This document shows, piece by piece, positions 1-11,468 of a DNA stretch of 64,000 nt. The notes under the pieces are model-generated. The model did no database searches. It was given only the letters and a program-made list of their open reading frames with translations, and was not told the origin of the DNA. Numbering within the stretch: position 1 is the first letter of the stretch; each line of letters opens with the position of its first letter. This stretch comes from Lepidodermella squamata (taxonomy: Eukaryota; Animalia; Gastrotricha), in the NCBI GenBank assembly GCA_047495785.1, contig JBLDXI010000024.1, forward strand, positions 1,054,001 to 1,118,000, written 5' to 3'. Position numbers and translations under genes: made by a program.

Positions 1-291
1 AGTTCGAATGGCTAAGATCCTAAATTCAATCATTCCAGAGTTGAACCTTTTGAAATATCCACACGAGAGGGCAGGTCCTGAGCTCTTTTAGTAATGGATT
101 TCTGAAACATAGGAATTGTTGAAATTACTCTGGAAGTTTGAGCCATCAGTAGCCAGTTAAGTTGCATTTTCTATAATGTCGGGAAATATATTTCTACAAT
201 GCCAAATTTTAGCAAAGCAATTTTCTTATAATATCAAAACAAATTCTTTATTTCCTACTCTGACCAGTTATTTTTCGTTTTTTTTCTGTAG

Positions 292-905
292 AGTGTCACG
301 ATTGGGTCGAGATCAAGAATAAGCTGACAGATTCTAAGCCCATCGTTAAAGCGTGTACTGTCAGCACCGTAGCCATGAAATGGTTCTACTCATCCAGCAG
401 CGTAGCCTACGTCCAATTTGTGAGCGACGAATCCGTTCAAAATTACGGTTTCAAACTCAAATGGGAACGAGTCGACAGCGGGGATTCAGCTAAAAAGCAA
501 AGCCCAAACTCGCCATCCAATACTGAAGTGGCTACTTCTCCCGCGCCTGCCATGTCAACAGATGCCGGGGCGTTACTTGGCGACGACCAGGTTGTTACAA
601 AAGGCGACATTCGCGTTGTTATGGCAATCGCAATTGCAGCCCTGGCTATTAGCACCTTGGCCGTAATATTCCTTCTCGTCGTTATATTTATGCGCAGTTG
701 CAGCGACGAGGCTAAATACATGCGTCCGGTTGTCGGAATTCGGACTGCTGGGCCAGATCACGCACCGTCGCCGTCAACAGCCGCATCGAGTAACAGCGGA
801 AACACCGAGGAACACTACTTCGAACTTCCCGACCGGAGCTCAACCCCTGGCAACCGCCCATTTTTTTCACAGCCCGCGGCGGCGGCGCCAGCATATAAAA
901 AATAA
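292..905 (+). CDS. 3' exon of CUB-domain single-pass membrane protein (5' part unresolved or outside window)
   Basis: Acceptor ttttctgtAG at 290-291; reads CHDWVEIK...WFYSSSSVAYVQFVSDESVQNYGFKLKW (CUB C-terminal signature F-x-SD-x-S...GF), S/P/T stalk, TM VVMAIAIAALAISTLAVIFLLVVIF, cytoplasmic tail with HYFEL. Confidence 0.85.
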
Positions 906-1598
906 TTATTTTTCACGCGCCTCAAGACTTTCTGTTCCAAACAAGAATTTCCGCTATAAGCGCGCGTTTTTATACCACTGCGTATTTCATTGTTATTAGC
1001 ATGGGTATAATGTATAATAATATAATAATATACGTGCCTTCATTACCCCCAGTGCGCAAAAGTGCGCGCTCTTCAGTGTTGTTTTTTGTTCGTGAATGCC
1101 GAAACTACTACGTCACACATACAAATGTATTATTCATAGCAGCACACACATATAGTGCATACATGCCAGCGCTGTCTGCCTTATTATAATTCTACAAATA
1201 GAGCGAGCAAGCGAGAGGGGAAAAAACCCGACATTCATTTTTTATTACAACATTGTTTTACTTCGATCTTTTTTTTATCTGCGGTCTATGCGTTGCCTAT
1301 ACGATGAGGAGCAGAAGGGTAAAAAAATATACACAAGGGAATCATCCTATTCTGCGGCAATAAAAAATCTGTCATTCAAACACTCTGTTTTTTATATCGG
1401 ATTTTTTACCCCTGTCGGATATTGCTTTAATATATAGGTTATACGCATATATTATAAAGACCGCGAACTTTATCGTGAACCTGCTCATTCTACACAATAG
1501 GCGATCGAAAGCAGGCAGCTCATCCCCGCAACTAATGGTTTCGTAACTGTCTATCACTCAACTGATGAAGTTTAACACTGATACGATTGTCTGCAAAA

Positions 1599-2198
1599 AT
1601 GTTCACCTCAAGCACTGCGATGATGATTACGATTGTTGCCTGTTCACTTTTGCTGGCAGGCCAATCGGCAGCGGTTCCGATTTTATGTGACCAGAATAAT
1701 ACGACAGCCATCACCACGAATAGTTCGGAGGCTAATAACTCTGAAGCCGTATTTGTTAATTGTCCACCACCCGCTTCGTCCAGTGCCGAAGAGACATTCG
1801 TGTTTGTCGTCGCTATAGTCGGTGTCGTCGTTTGCAGTCTTGCCGTTGTTTTGGTACTCGTTTTGCTGTTCACGCGAACTGGCCTGGAATTTGAAAATCA
1901 AAGGTTATTAGCTCCAATTTTGCGACCATTAAAAATTTCACTAGAAAAATCAGGTATTTAATTGTAAATTGAAGTGTCGATGAATCGCATGGCCCCCGAC
2001 TAATTTGCGATTTTATACCTCAATTTTATACTATTTTACCTTTAATTAAATATTTTGAATTTTTTATTAATTTTTTATATATTTTTCAGGACCACGTCCG
2101 ATGAAACGGTAGCGAAATTGATCACCATCAGCCGCCGAACGTCGAGAACTCGAGGCGTTTCGTTCAGCTCGGACGAGGCGAGCACGAGAGGCGTTTAA
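1599..2198 (+). CDS. small type I membrane protein (signal peptide, N-glycosylated Cys-containing ectodomain, TM); 3' exons approximate
   Basis: aaaaATG 1599, signal-like MFTSSTAMMITIVACSLLLAGQSAA, sequons NNT/NSS/NNS, TM FVFVVAIVGVVVCSLAVVLVLVLLF; probable short introns after 1903. Confidence 0.6.
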
Positions 2199-2683
2199 AA
2201 ATTCCATCAATTTTATCCGTCGTCACCTGTCGAAAAAAACCTGATGATTCATCTTGCGTTTTATTTTCTTTTTTTTTCTCGCTAATTAAATTATTCTAAG
2301 CCTGTCATACTTTCACGATGAGATGACTTGTCAAGTGATCTTACGTATTGTGAAAAGAATTTTAGATTCGCCGATCTTGACTCACGAAATTGTGATGATG
2401 ATCATTATCATGCATATTATTATTATTCATATAAAAAATTGTGTTGGATGCAACATTATATATATATATAATTAAATTTGTATCTTTTTCGGGCAGCAAT
2501 TTTCACGTGCACTGACGATGTGCAAGAGAGAAATAAAACGACGTGATATTTAGCACAAATATGTTATTGTGTTGATGATGGCTTGGCTCGGGAGTTTATT
2601 TAAACTACAAGCGCGGCCGTTAGGTGTATGAGTTGTACGAGATTACACATTATATGCCGTGGTTTACTCGTCGCTTTTTTCAA

Positions 2684-3682
2684 ATGGCCGTTAGCCAACA
2701 CCTAGTCATTCTCTTACATTTTCTTGGCGTGGTTGTAGCCCTTGCGATTGAGCCGGTGCTAAACAGCGGATTCGTTGAAAGCCCTTTAAATGGGACTGGT
2801 TTTTACTATCCGAGTCAAAATTTCACGACGAAGGTCTCAGTCACTGATGGATCTATAATCAAGTTCGATTAAATGAAAAATTGCGAAATTGAATTTTACA
2901 ATTGGAATCCTTTTCAGATTCACTTTTCAAGCTATCGATATCGAACATGTAACCGCAGTCAAAAGTACATTCCTTAGGGTAATTTAGTTATATTTCACAC
3001 TTGGAATACTTTCAGCGAACTGTCCTAATGATTGGGTCGAAATCCTTGATGGATTAACTTTGAGCTCGCCAAGTCTCACCGGCCGAATTTGCAACAATCG
3101 CGGCTTGTTCAGGCCATTCTATTCTTCATCAAATTCTGCTATTGTCGTGTTTCGAAGCGATGATCACGATCAAAGGAGAGGATTCACGTTATATTGGGAA
3201 GAAGGTCAGTACTTTGATTCAGGTCAAAAATTGTCCGGCAAACGTGCCAAAAACTGGATTATTAAGATCACGGCTTAACCATCTTATTTGTGATAGTGCT
3301 CTCGAAAAATGGTACCAACTCGGAACCGTACACGATAGCAGCAGGCGACCGCAGCATCTTGGTTTATTTTACGATGATTGGCGTCGTAACAGGGTCATGT
3401 GCTCTTCTCTTGGTCCTCATCCTTATCGCTATTTCTTGTTGTTTTTTCTGCAAAAGGTGCGAATGACTAAGATATTCGTGGTTTGTGTCTATGACGCATC
3501 AATTTTTTTTCAGGCCGGCTAAGCATAACAGGATGAGCACGATATCTCAAGCGACCACAGCCGGGAACACGCAAGCGACGGATTACTCCGCCGAGTTGTT
3601 GGAGCGAAGCAATTATCCGAGTAATCCTAGACGACCTCGAAATGGAGCCTACGCGCCGTCGAGCCAATTTGCGTTCGCGTGA
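2684..3682 (+). CDS. CUB-domain single-pass membrane protein (multi-exon)
   Basis: Signal peptide MAVSQHLVILLHFLGVVVALA; SGFVESP...YYP; CPNDWVEILDG...GRICN...FYSSSNSAIVVFRSDDHDQRRGFTLYW; TM then tail ending NGAYAPSSQFAFA; short GT-AG introns. Confidence 0.8.
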
Positions 3683-4478
3683 CGCGAATGATTCATTCGA
3701 AAGATAAATCTCGAAGCTTATTTGCCCCACTTGTCAAATTTTTATGATGCAATAAAATTTTATCTTTAATTCCGGCGGTTGACATTGGCAGGTTCTTATC
3801 GCGAGACGTCACGTTCATTCACGAAATGTATGGAAAAGACCGGGCGTGGCGCCGCGCGCCGAGACACCGGTTCGTTCTCACGCCGAAAGGCGCTTACTTT
3901 ACGCCGGAATATGTAGGCATGGGCGAACCCCCACACTCACCTTAAAACTACATAAGCAACTTTCATCAATCATTACTCAATTCATGCGATTTTTTTCTGG
4001 CTAAACCACATTTATATTTACCCACTTTATCCGCAGTAGTGATAGTAGTAAAATTGGCCAAGTTATTAATGTAAAGCCCCTCAGTCACGGATAACGGATA
4101 AAATGACGTTGCCTTTGATGTATGTATGTGATATAATAGGTACGTCTCTCCTATTCATGTTATACTTCCATATAGTTGTAAAGAAAATATTGACCACCAT
4201 TTTTTCTTCTACCTTTCGGCGCGCGCGTAGGGATGAACGCCTACGTGTCGAACACTCACTCTCACCTGTTGTAGCGTAGTCGAACATGAGGTATAGCTAT
4301 AATATAGACCACGACCATGGTAGTCAAGACAAACATTGATGAATAATCGTGCGCGTTGAATAATTCCGCCATCAGCGCATAGCTTCAGTTGTCGCCTTTT
4401 ATACTTTTGCTTAGGCAGAGAAAGAACGATTATTAATACTTGCATACTGTTTGAATCGTCATTAATTGGTACCGAAAA

Positions 4479-5557
4479 ATGAGGTCTACATCATTAGCCA
4501 TTGTGTCATGTCTCCTTCTACTTACGATTGGTAAGCCAAACCGAAACTATGGAATTTCAAATTTTAATTACTCATTTTCTTACTTGAAGGTTCACTAGCC
4601 AATCCTACTACCAAGCTTCCTGAGGCAACTACCATTAAGCCTGAAGCAACAACAGCGCATCGTACAACTACAATTACCAGTGAAGATGAATATTCTGACG
4701 AGGCCTTGGAAACTGCAGAAGAAGAAGAAGAAGAATCTTTACCGAATCTAAAGGAGGATAACAAGAACATCGAAAATGCCATTAAACTGTTGGCGTTACT
4801 AGAGGAGGAAGAGAAAGCCGAGGAAGAGGCGAAAGAAGAGCGTGAAATCGAAGAAAATTTCGATGCATTCCTGCTTACTCTCTTGGCCACTATGGATGAG
4901 CGAAACCCATTTGTCCTCCATAAGGAGAAGATCCTTGCGATAGCAAATCGGAAGAAGTCGACGACTGTTAAGCCGACTAAGACTTCAACATTGCCGTCAA
5001 CATCAACTTCCTCTACTACAACCGAATCATCTTCTTCTTCTTCTTCTTCTGCTTCATCTTCAAGCAGCACCAGCTCTTCTTCTACGTCGACAGTTTCAGA
5101 GCAGAAGTCTGTCCCATTCCTCAGAACTGGCATCAAGCAACAAGACCCAGTAGCTGCGCCTTTAGTCGCTGTTCAGGAGGATAAATCGAGCACTGCATCA
5201 AAAATGATGATTTTCGGACTGATTAGCAGCATTTTCGCCCTGGTACTATCAATTATTTCTATTGCTGGTATCTGCTGGGTGGTTTACTTCAGAAAACGTC
5301 AGTCCAAACAATTGCCGCTTCTCTCACCGAAATTTCCTCTCTTTTCTCCGAAAGAAGGTCTTTCGGCAATCTACAGAAATCGGAAGTTCAAAATTCCGAA
5401 AAAGAACAAGCGGGATGCGGAGGAGTTCAGGCAAACATGCGAACGAGAGGAGGAGTTCAGGCGGCAGAGGCAAGAGCTGGAGCTGAAGTCGCCCGAGGTT
5501 GACGAAGTACACTTCGGCGCGAATGACTTTTTAAACGCATCATTATCTTCTATATAA
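4479..5557 (+). CDS. type I membrane protein with acidic and Ser/Thr-rich (mucin-like) ectodomain
   Basis: ATG 4479 MRSTSLAIVSCLLLLTI, GTAAG intron to ttgaAG, joined to ORF 4706-5557 with poly-E, poly-S, TM IFGLISSIFALVLSIISIAGICWVVYF followed by RKR. Confidence 0.75.
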
Positions 5558-5875
5558 ATTTCATAAATATCTGTTATTATATTCTTTCATACTCTCGGTC
5601 ATTTATGTTTATTTATATTACTAGTATTTTCTCCTTTACAACTGGCAAAGACTCAGCTTCAATTTGCTATGTAAAAACCGATGATGCCATAATCTGATTT
5701 TCAGTCAAAAACTGTGCCAAGAAAGCATTGAAATGCAAAAACTGAATTAAACACGGTGAATATCTCACTTAAACATCCGTTTTTTGATATTTTATGATAT
5801 CACAGTTTTTTTTGCGTGGAACATACGTAACAGGATTACAGCAGCAGAAAGCAAGAAAGGTGCACGTGAAAATGT

Positions 5876-7039
5876 GTGAAGCATAAGACTGAAATGTTGC
5901 CACCAGAAAAATGCTCCTTTATTACTGCGTTCACAGTTTTTCTTATACATTCAGGTGAATGCGACGAGGGATTCTATCCCGCCAATGGGAGGTCAACTAC
6001 GCCTTCGACAGATATCCAGTCTCGGATAAAGACAGCTTTGTGTCAAATTGACACTTTGAACTTGACCACGACAGAGACTTTGGTAAAACGCCTCGATGAC
6101 ATCGACTTCAGATGCCCCAACGGACGAACCATCTACCTACGAGCTGCAACTAGAGGTGACCTAGCCACGATAAAACTGCTAGAGAACCTTGGAGCGGACG
6201 CTTATGCAAAGGGTGGAGTGAATGACGCCGAGGATAAGGCAATTCACTATGCAGCTTTTTTCGGGCGAGTTCAGCTGTTGGAATACTTCCTTAATGAAAG
6301 CCGATGGCTACTGGAGTCTCGAAATCGGAATAACGACACTCCATTATGCCGAGCTGCAAGTACTAATCAGCTATCTGCGATTGAGTACCTACTTTCGCGA
6401 GGCGCTAGGATAGAGGTTGTTTGTCAATTGGGTAGGTCGCCTCTACTTATCGCAGCAGTGCAGGGCCATGTTGACGCTGTCAAGCTTCTTGTTTCAAAGG
6501 GCGCTAATTTGACCGCTCGAAGCGGACCCAGGGACTTCAATGGCTATATTGGGCACTTAGCTTCCCAACTAAATCGCTCTCAGATTGTTAACTATGTCTG
6601 CGAAACACGGCTAGATTTGCTGAATTTCAAGAATTCCGATGGCAATACGCCTCTAATGATTGCAGCATTCTTCAATTTCTCAAACATTGCCGACCGGTTG
6701 TTGGGCTGTGGGGTTAATGTAAATGTGGTTAATCGGGATGGTTTAACTGCGCTGCACATGGCTGCCGTTTCAGGATCTGTTGCGATTACGAAAGCTATTG
6801 TTGCGACTGGAGCTGATTTATTTGCTCGAAGTACCACTGTGAATTTAAGTAATTTCATGCCGATTCACCTTGCAGTTATGTACGCCAGAGCGGATGTTGT
6901 ACGGTATCTGGTCGAAATACAACCAGCGCTGAAGTTCGCTCGAGATTCCTTAAAACGGACGCCAGACGAACTGGCCGATCAAACTCTCAGCGGGCCGGCA
7001 TGGCTCAAAGTGAAGTTCGCATTAAGCGGGAATCAATAA
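5876..7039 (+). CDS. ankyrin-repeat protein, paralog of the C-terminal part of 7244-9686; 5' end unresolved
   Basis: Multiple ankyrin motifs (DTPLCRAA, RSPLLIAAVQGHVDAVKLLVSKGA, NTPLMIAA, LTALHMAA); probable acceptor near 5955. Confidence 0.85.
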   Translation: MKHKTEMLPPEKCSFITAFTVFLIHSGECDEGFYPANGRSTTPSTDIQSRIKTALCQIDTLNLTTTETLVKRLDDIDFRCPNGRTIYLRAATRGDLATIKLLENLGADAYAKGGVNDAEDKAIHYAAFFGRVQLLEYFLNESRWLLESRNRNNDTPLCRAASTNQLSAIEYLLSRGARIEVVCQLGRSPLLIAAVQGHVDAVKLLVSKGANLTARSGPRDFNGYIGHLASQLNRSQIVNYVCETRLDLLNFKNSDGNTPLMIAAFFNFSNIADRLLGCGVNVNVVNRDGLTALHMAAVSGSVAITKAIVATGADLFARSTTVNLSNFMPIHLAVMYARADVVRYLVEIQPALKFARDSLKRTPDELADQTLSGPAWLKVKFALSGNQ

Positions 7040-7243
7040 ATGATAAAGAATGATTAATTTTATAAGGAAATGAAGATTTGACGAAAAGCAGGATGTTTCT
7101 TGTCTTTTTCTATCATTAAACTCGAATACGTGTAGCCCCGAGGCAGGAGTTTTTATTACCTCAGGGGATGAATGAGCTTTATTAACCCAGTGATGCAGTT
7201 CTTTTGTAACTCAACCTGTTCAACATTTCAAATCTAATCAAAA

Positions 7244-9686
7244 ATGGAAACAAGCATTATTCGCAGGTTTTTGAATATTGCTGTGTTGATCTTCGTAATT
7301 CAACTTGCTGACTACAGCCTTTGTGAGGAAGACGTTTGTTTCTCTTCCTTAATTTTCAACAACCGCATTTTTTTTTACATTTTTTCATTCAAGGAGGATT
7401 CAATCCGTCAAATATATTGCGTTATTCCGAGTACCATCCCAAAAGGGGCAGTTTCTGTGATTGGAGCTAGCAGTGATGATTTATCGTTGGACGTCGCTAT
7501 CGATACGAAAGTGAAACTGGAATGCATATCTGGCTACGAAGTTGTTGGCAGCAGCGAGGCGGTCTGTACAAGTCAAGGAGCGTTCACCCCCAATCTTGGC
7601 AGATGCTTACGTAAATTTATCCTTTCGCTATGCAATTCAAATAGTAATGTTTTGTTACAGCGATCGATCCTTCGAGGACTACTCCAGTACCGCCAATAGC
7701 GAAGACTGAGGGTGAGACGACGCCGCCGCCCTTCACTTGCCCAATGCCGGAAGGACGATACATTCCTGATATCTCCGAAGGTTACGTGTTCCCTCGCGGC
7801 GGCAGTCCCCTCAACAACGAGAAATGGGTCTATCCTGGAACTCTAGTTCGGCTGACTTGTGCAGACGGTTACTGGATAGAGAAGGGCCGCTATGAAAGCG
7901 TTTGCATGGATAACGGGAAATGGTCTGGCGGAGGAGTGGGATGGTGCGTAAAGATGAACTCTATGATGATTACCAATACGACAACAAGGGTTAGATCATT
8001 GAGCCTACCAATGCCAGACTACGAGCCGATTCTTGGTAGCTTTTGTACCGATGATAGTGCTCCAACGCAAGGCTTGCAATGTAAGTATACAACCAAGTGT
8101 CGAATAGTCTGTATTTTTTCCTAAATTACTTTCCAGTCGCTGACAGCCTTGGAAGAGATGTTTTAATGCGAGGTGCTGCATGTGGGAAGAAGGAGGTTGT
8201 TCAAGGGGCTATTCAGGGCGGAGCTGATCCTCGGAAGGCAAGCAGTGGGTCGAAAGATAGGAAGGACAAAGCCATTCACCTTGCGGCCTACTACGGCCAG
8301 TTAGACATTGTTAAATACCTGATAGAAACTTACCCTGAGCTTCTCGAAGCTCAAAATCAAGACGGCGACACGCCTCTAATAAGAGCAGCTTACAACAACC
8401 AAACCGAAGTGGTTACTTATCTATTGCGGAAAGGCGCGAAATTTGATGCGAAAGGCTACTTCGGTCGCACGGCGCTATTGCAGGCAGTTGGCAACACTAG
8501 AATCATTGAAACACTGCACGTGAAAGGCGCGGATATGTCGGCCAAATCGAACTCAACTGACGACGAGAGCACTGCCCTCCACCTAAATGCCCGGTTCAAC
8601 TACGCTGACACAGTGAGAACATTGGTTAGACGAACCCGTAGTCTGCTCACCTCCAAAGACAAGGATGGAAATTCCGCTCTGTGTGTCGCGTCTCAGTTTG
8701 GATCTTTGGATGTTCTTGAATACCTTTTGACGCAAAATCAGAATACCGATGAACCATGCGCTGGCGGCAGGACACCGTTGCATCAAGCTGCAATCGGTGG
8801 TCGTCTCGAGGTTGTTCAAAAGCTAGTAGCTGCCGGGGCTAACCTTGCGGCGACGGGCGGAGAACGAGATGCGAGGGACAACGTCTATACCTATGCAGCT
8901 TATTTCGGCCAGACAGAAGTGTTGAATTACCTTCTCGACCTTAACAGCTCGTACCTCGAGATTAGGAATGCTAGGAACGACACTCCATTGTGCCGAACAG
9001 CTTCGACGAACCAGCTGGAAACCGCGAAGATGCTCATACGACGTGGTGCGAAAATCGAGGCTAAATGCCAGCTGGAGAGGACCCCGCTGTTGATCGCCTC
9101 GATATCAGGCAGCGTTCAAGTTTTCAAACTGTTGCTGGACAAAGGGGCGAAGTTGTTCGCGAAAAGTGGGCCCGCTGATTTCGGAGCATATGCCGGTCAA
9201 TTGGCGGCCGCGACTGGCAGGCCGGACATGATTGATTTCATTTGCAACGAGAAAAGCGTGCTCTTATGCCGGTCAGATGATACCGGTAACATTCCGATCA
9301 CGTACGCGGTCTTCTTCAACAAGACCCAAGTGCTTAAACAGCTGTTAGAGTGCGGCGCTGATCCGGATGCGAGGAATATCAACAACCTTACCGCAGTGCA
9401 CGTGGCTGCTTACAAAGATAACGTCAAACATCTGGCGCTACTTGCAAGTTTCAACGCGACGATGAACGCTCGAGCTGGGAAAGAACTTTTCTACGGCGGG
9501 AATCCGCTTCACGTTGCGGTGTTGAGCGGTAGCCCTCTGTCAACTGCGTATTTCACCAGGTACTACCCGGGATTGAAGACGGAAACTCTTCCAGATGGGA
9601 AAACCGCGAAAATGTTGGCGGATGAAAAAGTCGCTCAGCTCGGCAAAATCAACCCATATGCGTTAATTCAGCGTCTTCTATCATAA
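7244..9686 (+). CDS. predicted secreted protein: signal peptide + 2 Sushi/CCP domains + about 13 ankyrin repeats
   Basis: Introns 7334-7393, 7611-7660 and 8081-8136 (all GT-AG) join ORFs 7244, 7744 and 8097 in frame; Sushi motifs LECISGYEVVGSSEAVCTSQGAF..C and LTCADGYW...VCMDNGKWSG...C; ankyrin motifs DTPLIRAA, RTPLHQAA etc.; no TM segment seen. Confidence 0.85.
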
Positions 9687-9765
9687 TTCTTTGAACACTG
9701 CATCAATTGGCCCATTTAATATTAATAAAACTAATAAAATAATTTCTTTTTTAATATGGTGAACA

Positions 9766-10763
9766 TTAGTCAGCATTTGGTTTATCCAAGCCTCGACGCC
9801 ACAGTTCTTCACTGATTTCCCACAATTTCTCGGCTTTTGCGTCATCCCGAGCAAACGCGAGCAGTGAAGTGTGACGTTTGTTTTTGAAGTAGCCGCCTGA
9901 AAATTTTTCGATGCCCGGCTCCTTTGCGCAGTATATCGTCGTTTCCACGCCTTTCTCAACAGGTATTACGATTGTTTTCAGCGGCGCTACGACTTTGTTG
10001 ACGAAATTTTGCCACGCCGTAGATCGGTTGCGTAAAATGTCGGTTTTAACCATGCCGGGGTGGACGGAATAAATTGTCACCCGGCTGTTCTCCGCCTCGA
10101 GCTTTTGGCTGAGTTTACGGCAGTATAGCAAAAACGCGACCTTTGAATGGCAATAAGACTGCCACGAGTCGAATTTCCGCTTCTCGAACTGCAAATCATC
10201 GATGTGAAGACCCTTCGGCCAGCAAAACAAATATCCATCGGACGATAATGCTATCATCCGACTTGGGGCTGATTTTTTAAGGAGATCGAGTAATAAATTC
10301 GTTAGCAGAGACTGACCTATATATCACAATTAATAATTGAAAATGAATTTTCGGTAAATTATTTTTTTTTACCTAAATAATTCACTTGGAATCCTAGCTC
10401 GAATCCATCAACTGTGACTTGACGTTGTTCAGGTGGATTAATACCTGCGTTGTTAATCAAAAGATCCAACCGCGGCTCCTCTGCGATAATATCCGCCGCA
10501 AATTTTCGAATCGAGGCAAAAGATGCTAGATCCAACTGGCGAATAACCACCCGATTTTTGCCGTCTTCCTCCGACAAATTAGCTGATAAACGAATTTCAT
10601 TTGCCGCTTCCTCGGCTGTGGCCAAATTTCGACAGGCCAGAATGACCTTGCCTATGCCTAATTTGACCAGTTCCAATGCAGTCACCTTGCCTAAGCCTGT
10701 GTTTGCACCCGTGACTATGGCGACTTTGCCGACAATTGACCATTCTGCTGTAGTTTCGGCCAT
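9766..10763 (-). CDS. retinol dehydrogenase 11/12-like short-chain dehydrogenase, paralog 1
   Basis: TGANTGLG, ACRN, LINNAG, YCHSK catalytic motif, VHPGMVKT; intron 10317-10372. Confidence 0.92.
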
Positions 10764-11468
10764 TTAAAACTGAGTCATAATATAAAACGTCTAACACAGG
10801 TGAAAAATGTGTGTTGTAAAGAATAAATACAATGTTGTGCCGAGATTTTGTAAAAAAAAATAATAATAGTGAAACAACATTATTGAATTAAATTGAAATA
10901 GAATAGTGAATTAAAAATGGAATATCACAATGGAAAACATTTATTTTCCATGGCGGTGAAATAGACCCTATTACTAAAGGACTATTTATATGCTACGTCA
11001 TTTTTTTTATATAAAAACCGCACAACTATCAGAGAAACGGACTCCTTATCTACTTAAGCGCTAATAGAATGGTCCATTCGAAGATAATAAACGGAAAATT
11101 GATATCATTTTAAGGTGGATAATAAGCGGAATATTCATGCCAAATTCTGTTTTCAGGCATTTATAATTTTGAGGTTGTAGCCGAGAAGTGAGATTTTACA
11201 ATCCACAATTTCCTAAAGAAAATTTGAAAATTGCTGAAATAATTATAAGCCGTGGGGGTGTAATAAAAATCATTCTCCTGACGTTTTAGTTTCCCCCTCT
11301 CTTCCCGCCGCTCATTTCACGAAAAACTTTAGAAAACGACCAATCACCAGAGTTTATTCCATCGTCATAGAAATAATAACTGATTTCGAATGAAGGTTTA
11401 AAATGCTGAGTAAGTTGATATCACCTAGTGGTATTCAGTAATAATATGTCATCAAGCATAATGATTCT

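Noticed and set aside
4564-5136. Long antisense ORFs (also 26827-27477, 35002-35745, 33488-33883, 62226-62660)
   Set aside because: Shadow frames of low-complexity coding regions on the other strand or frame
5590-5875. Possible signal-peptide exon for the first ankyrin gene (LCLFILLVFSPLQLAKT)
   Set aside because: No in-frame ATG or consistent splice path found
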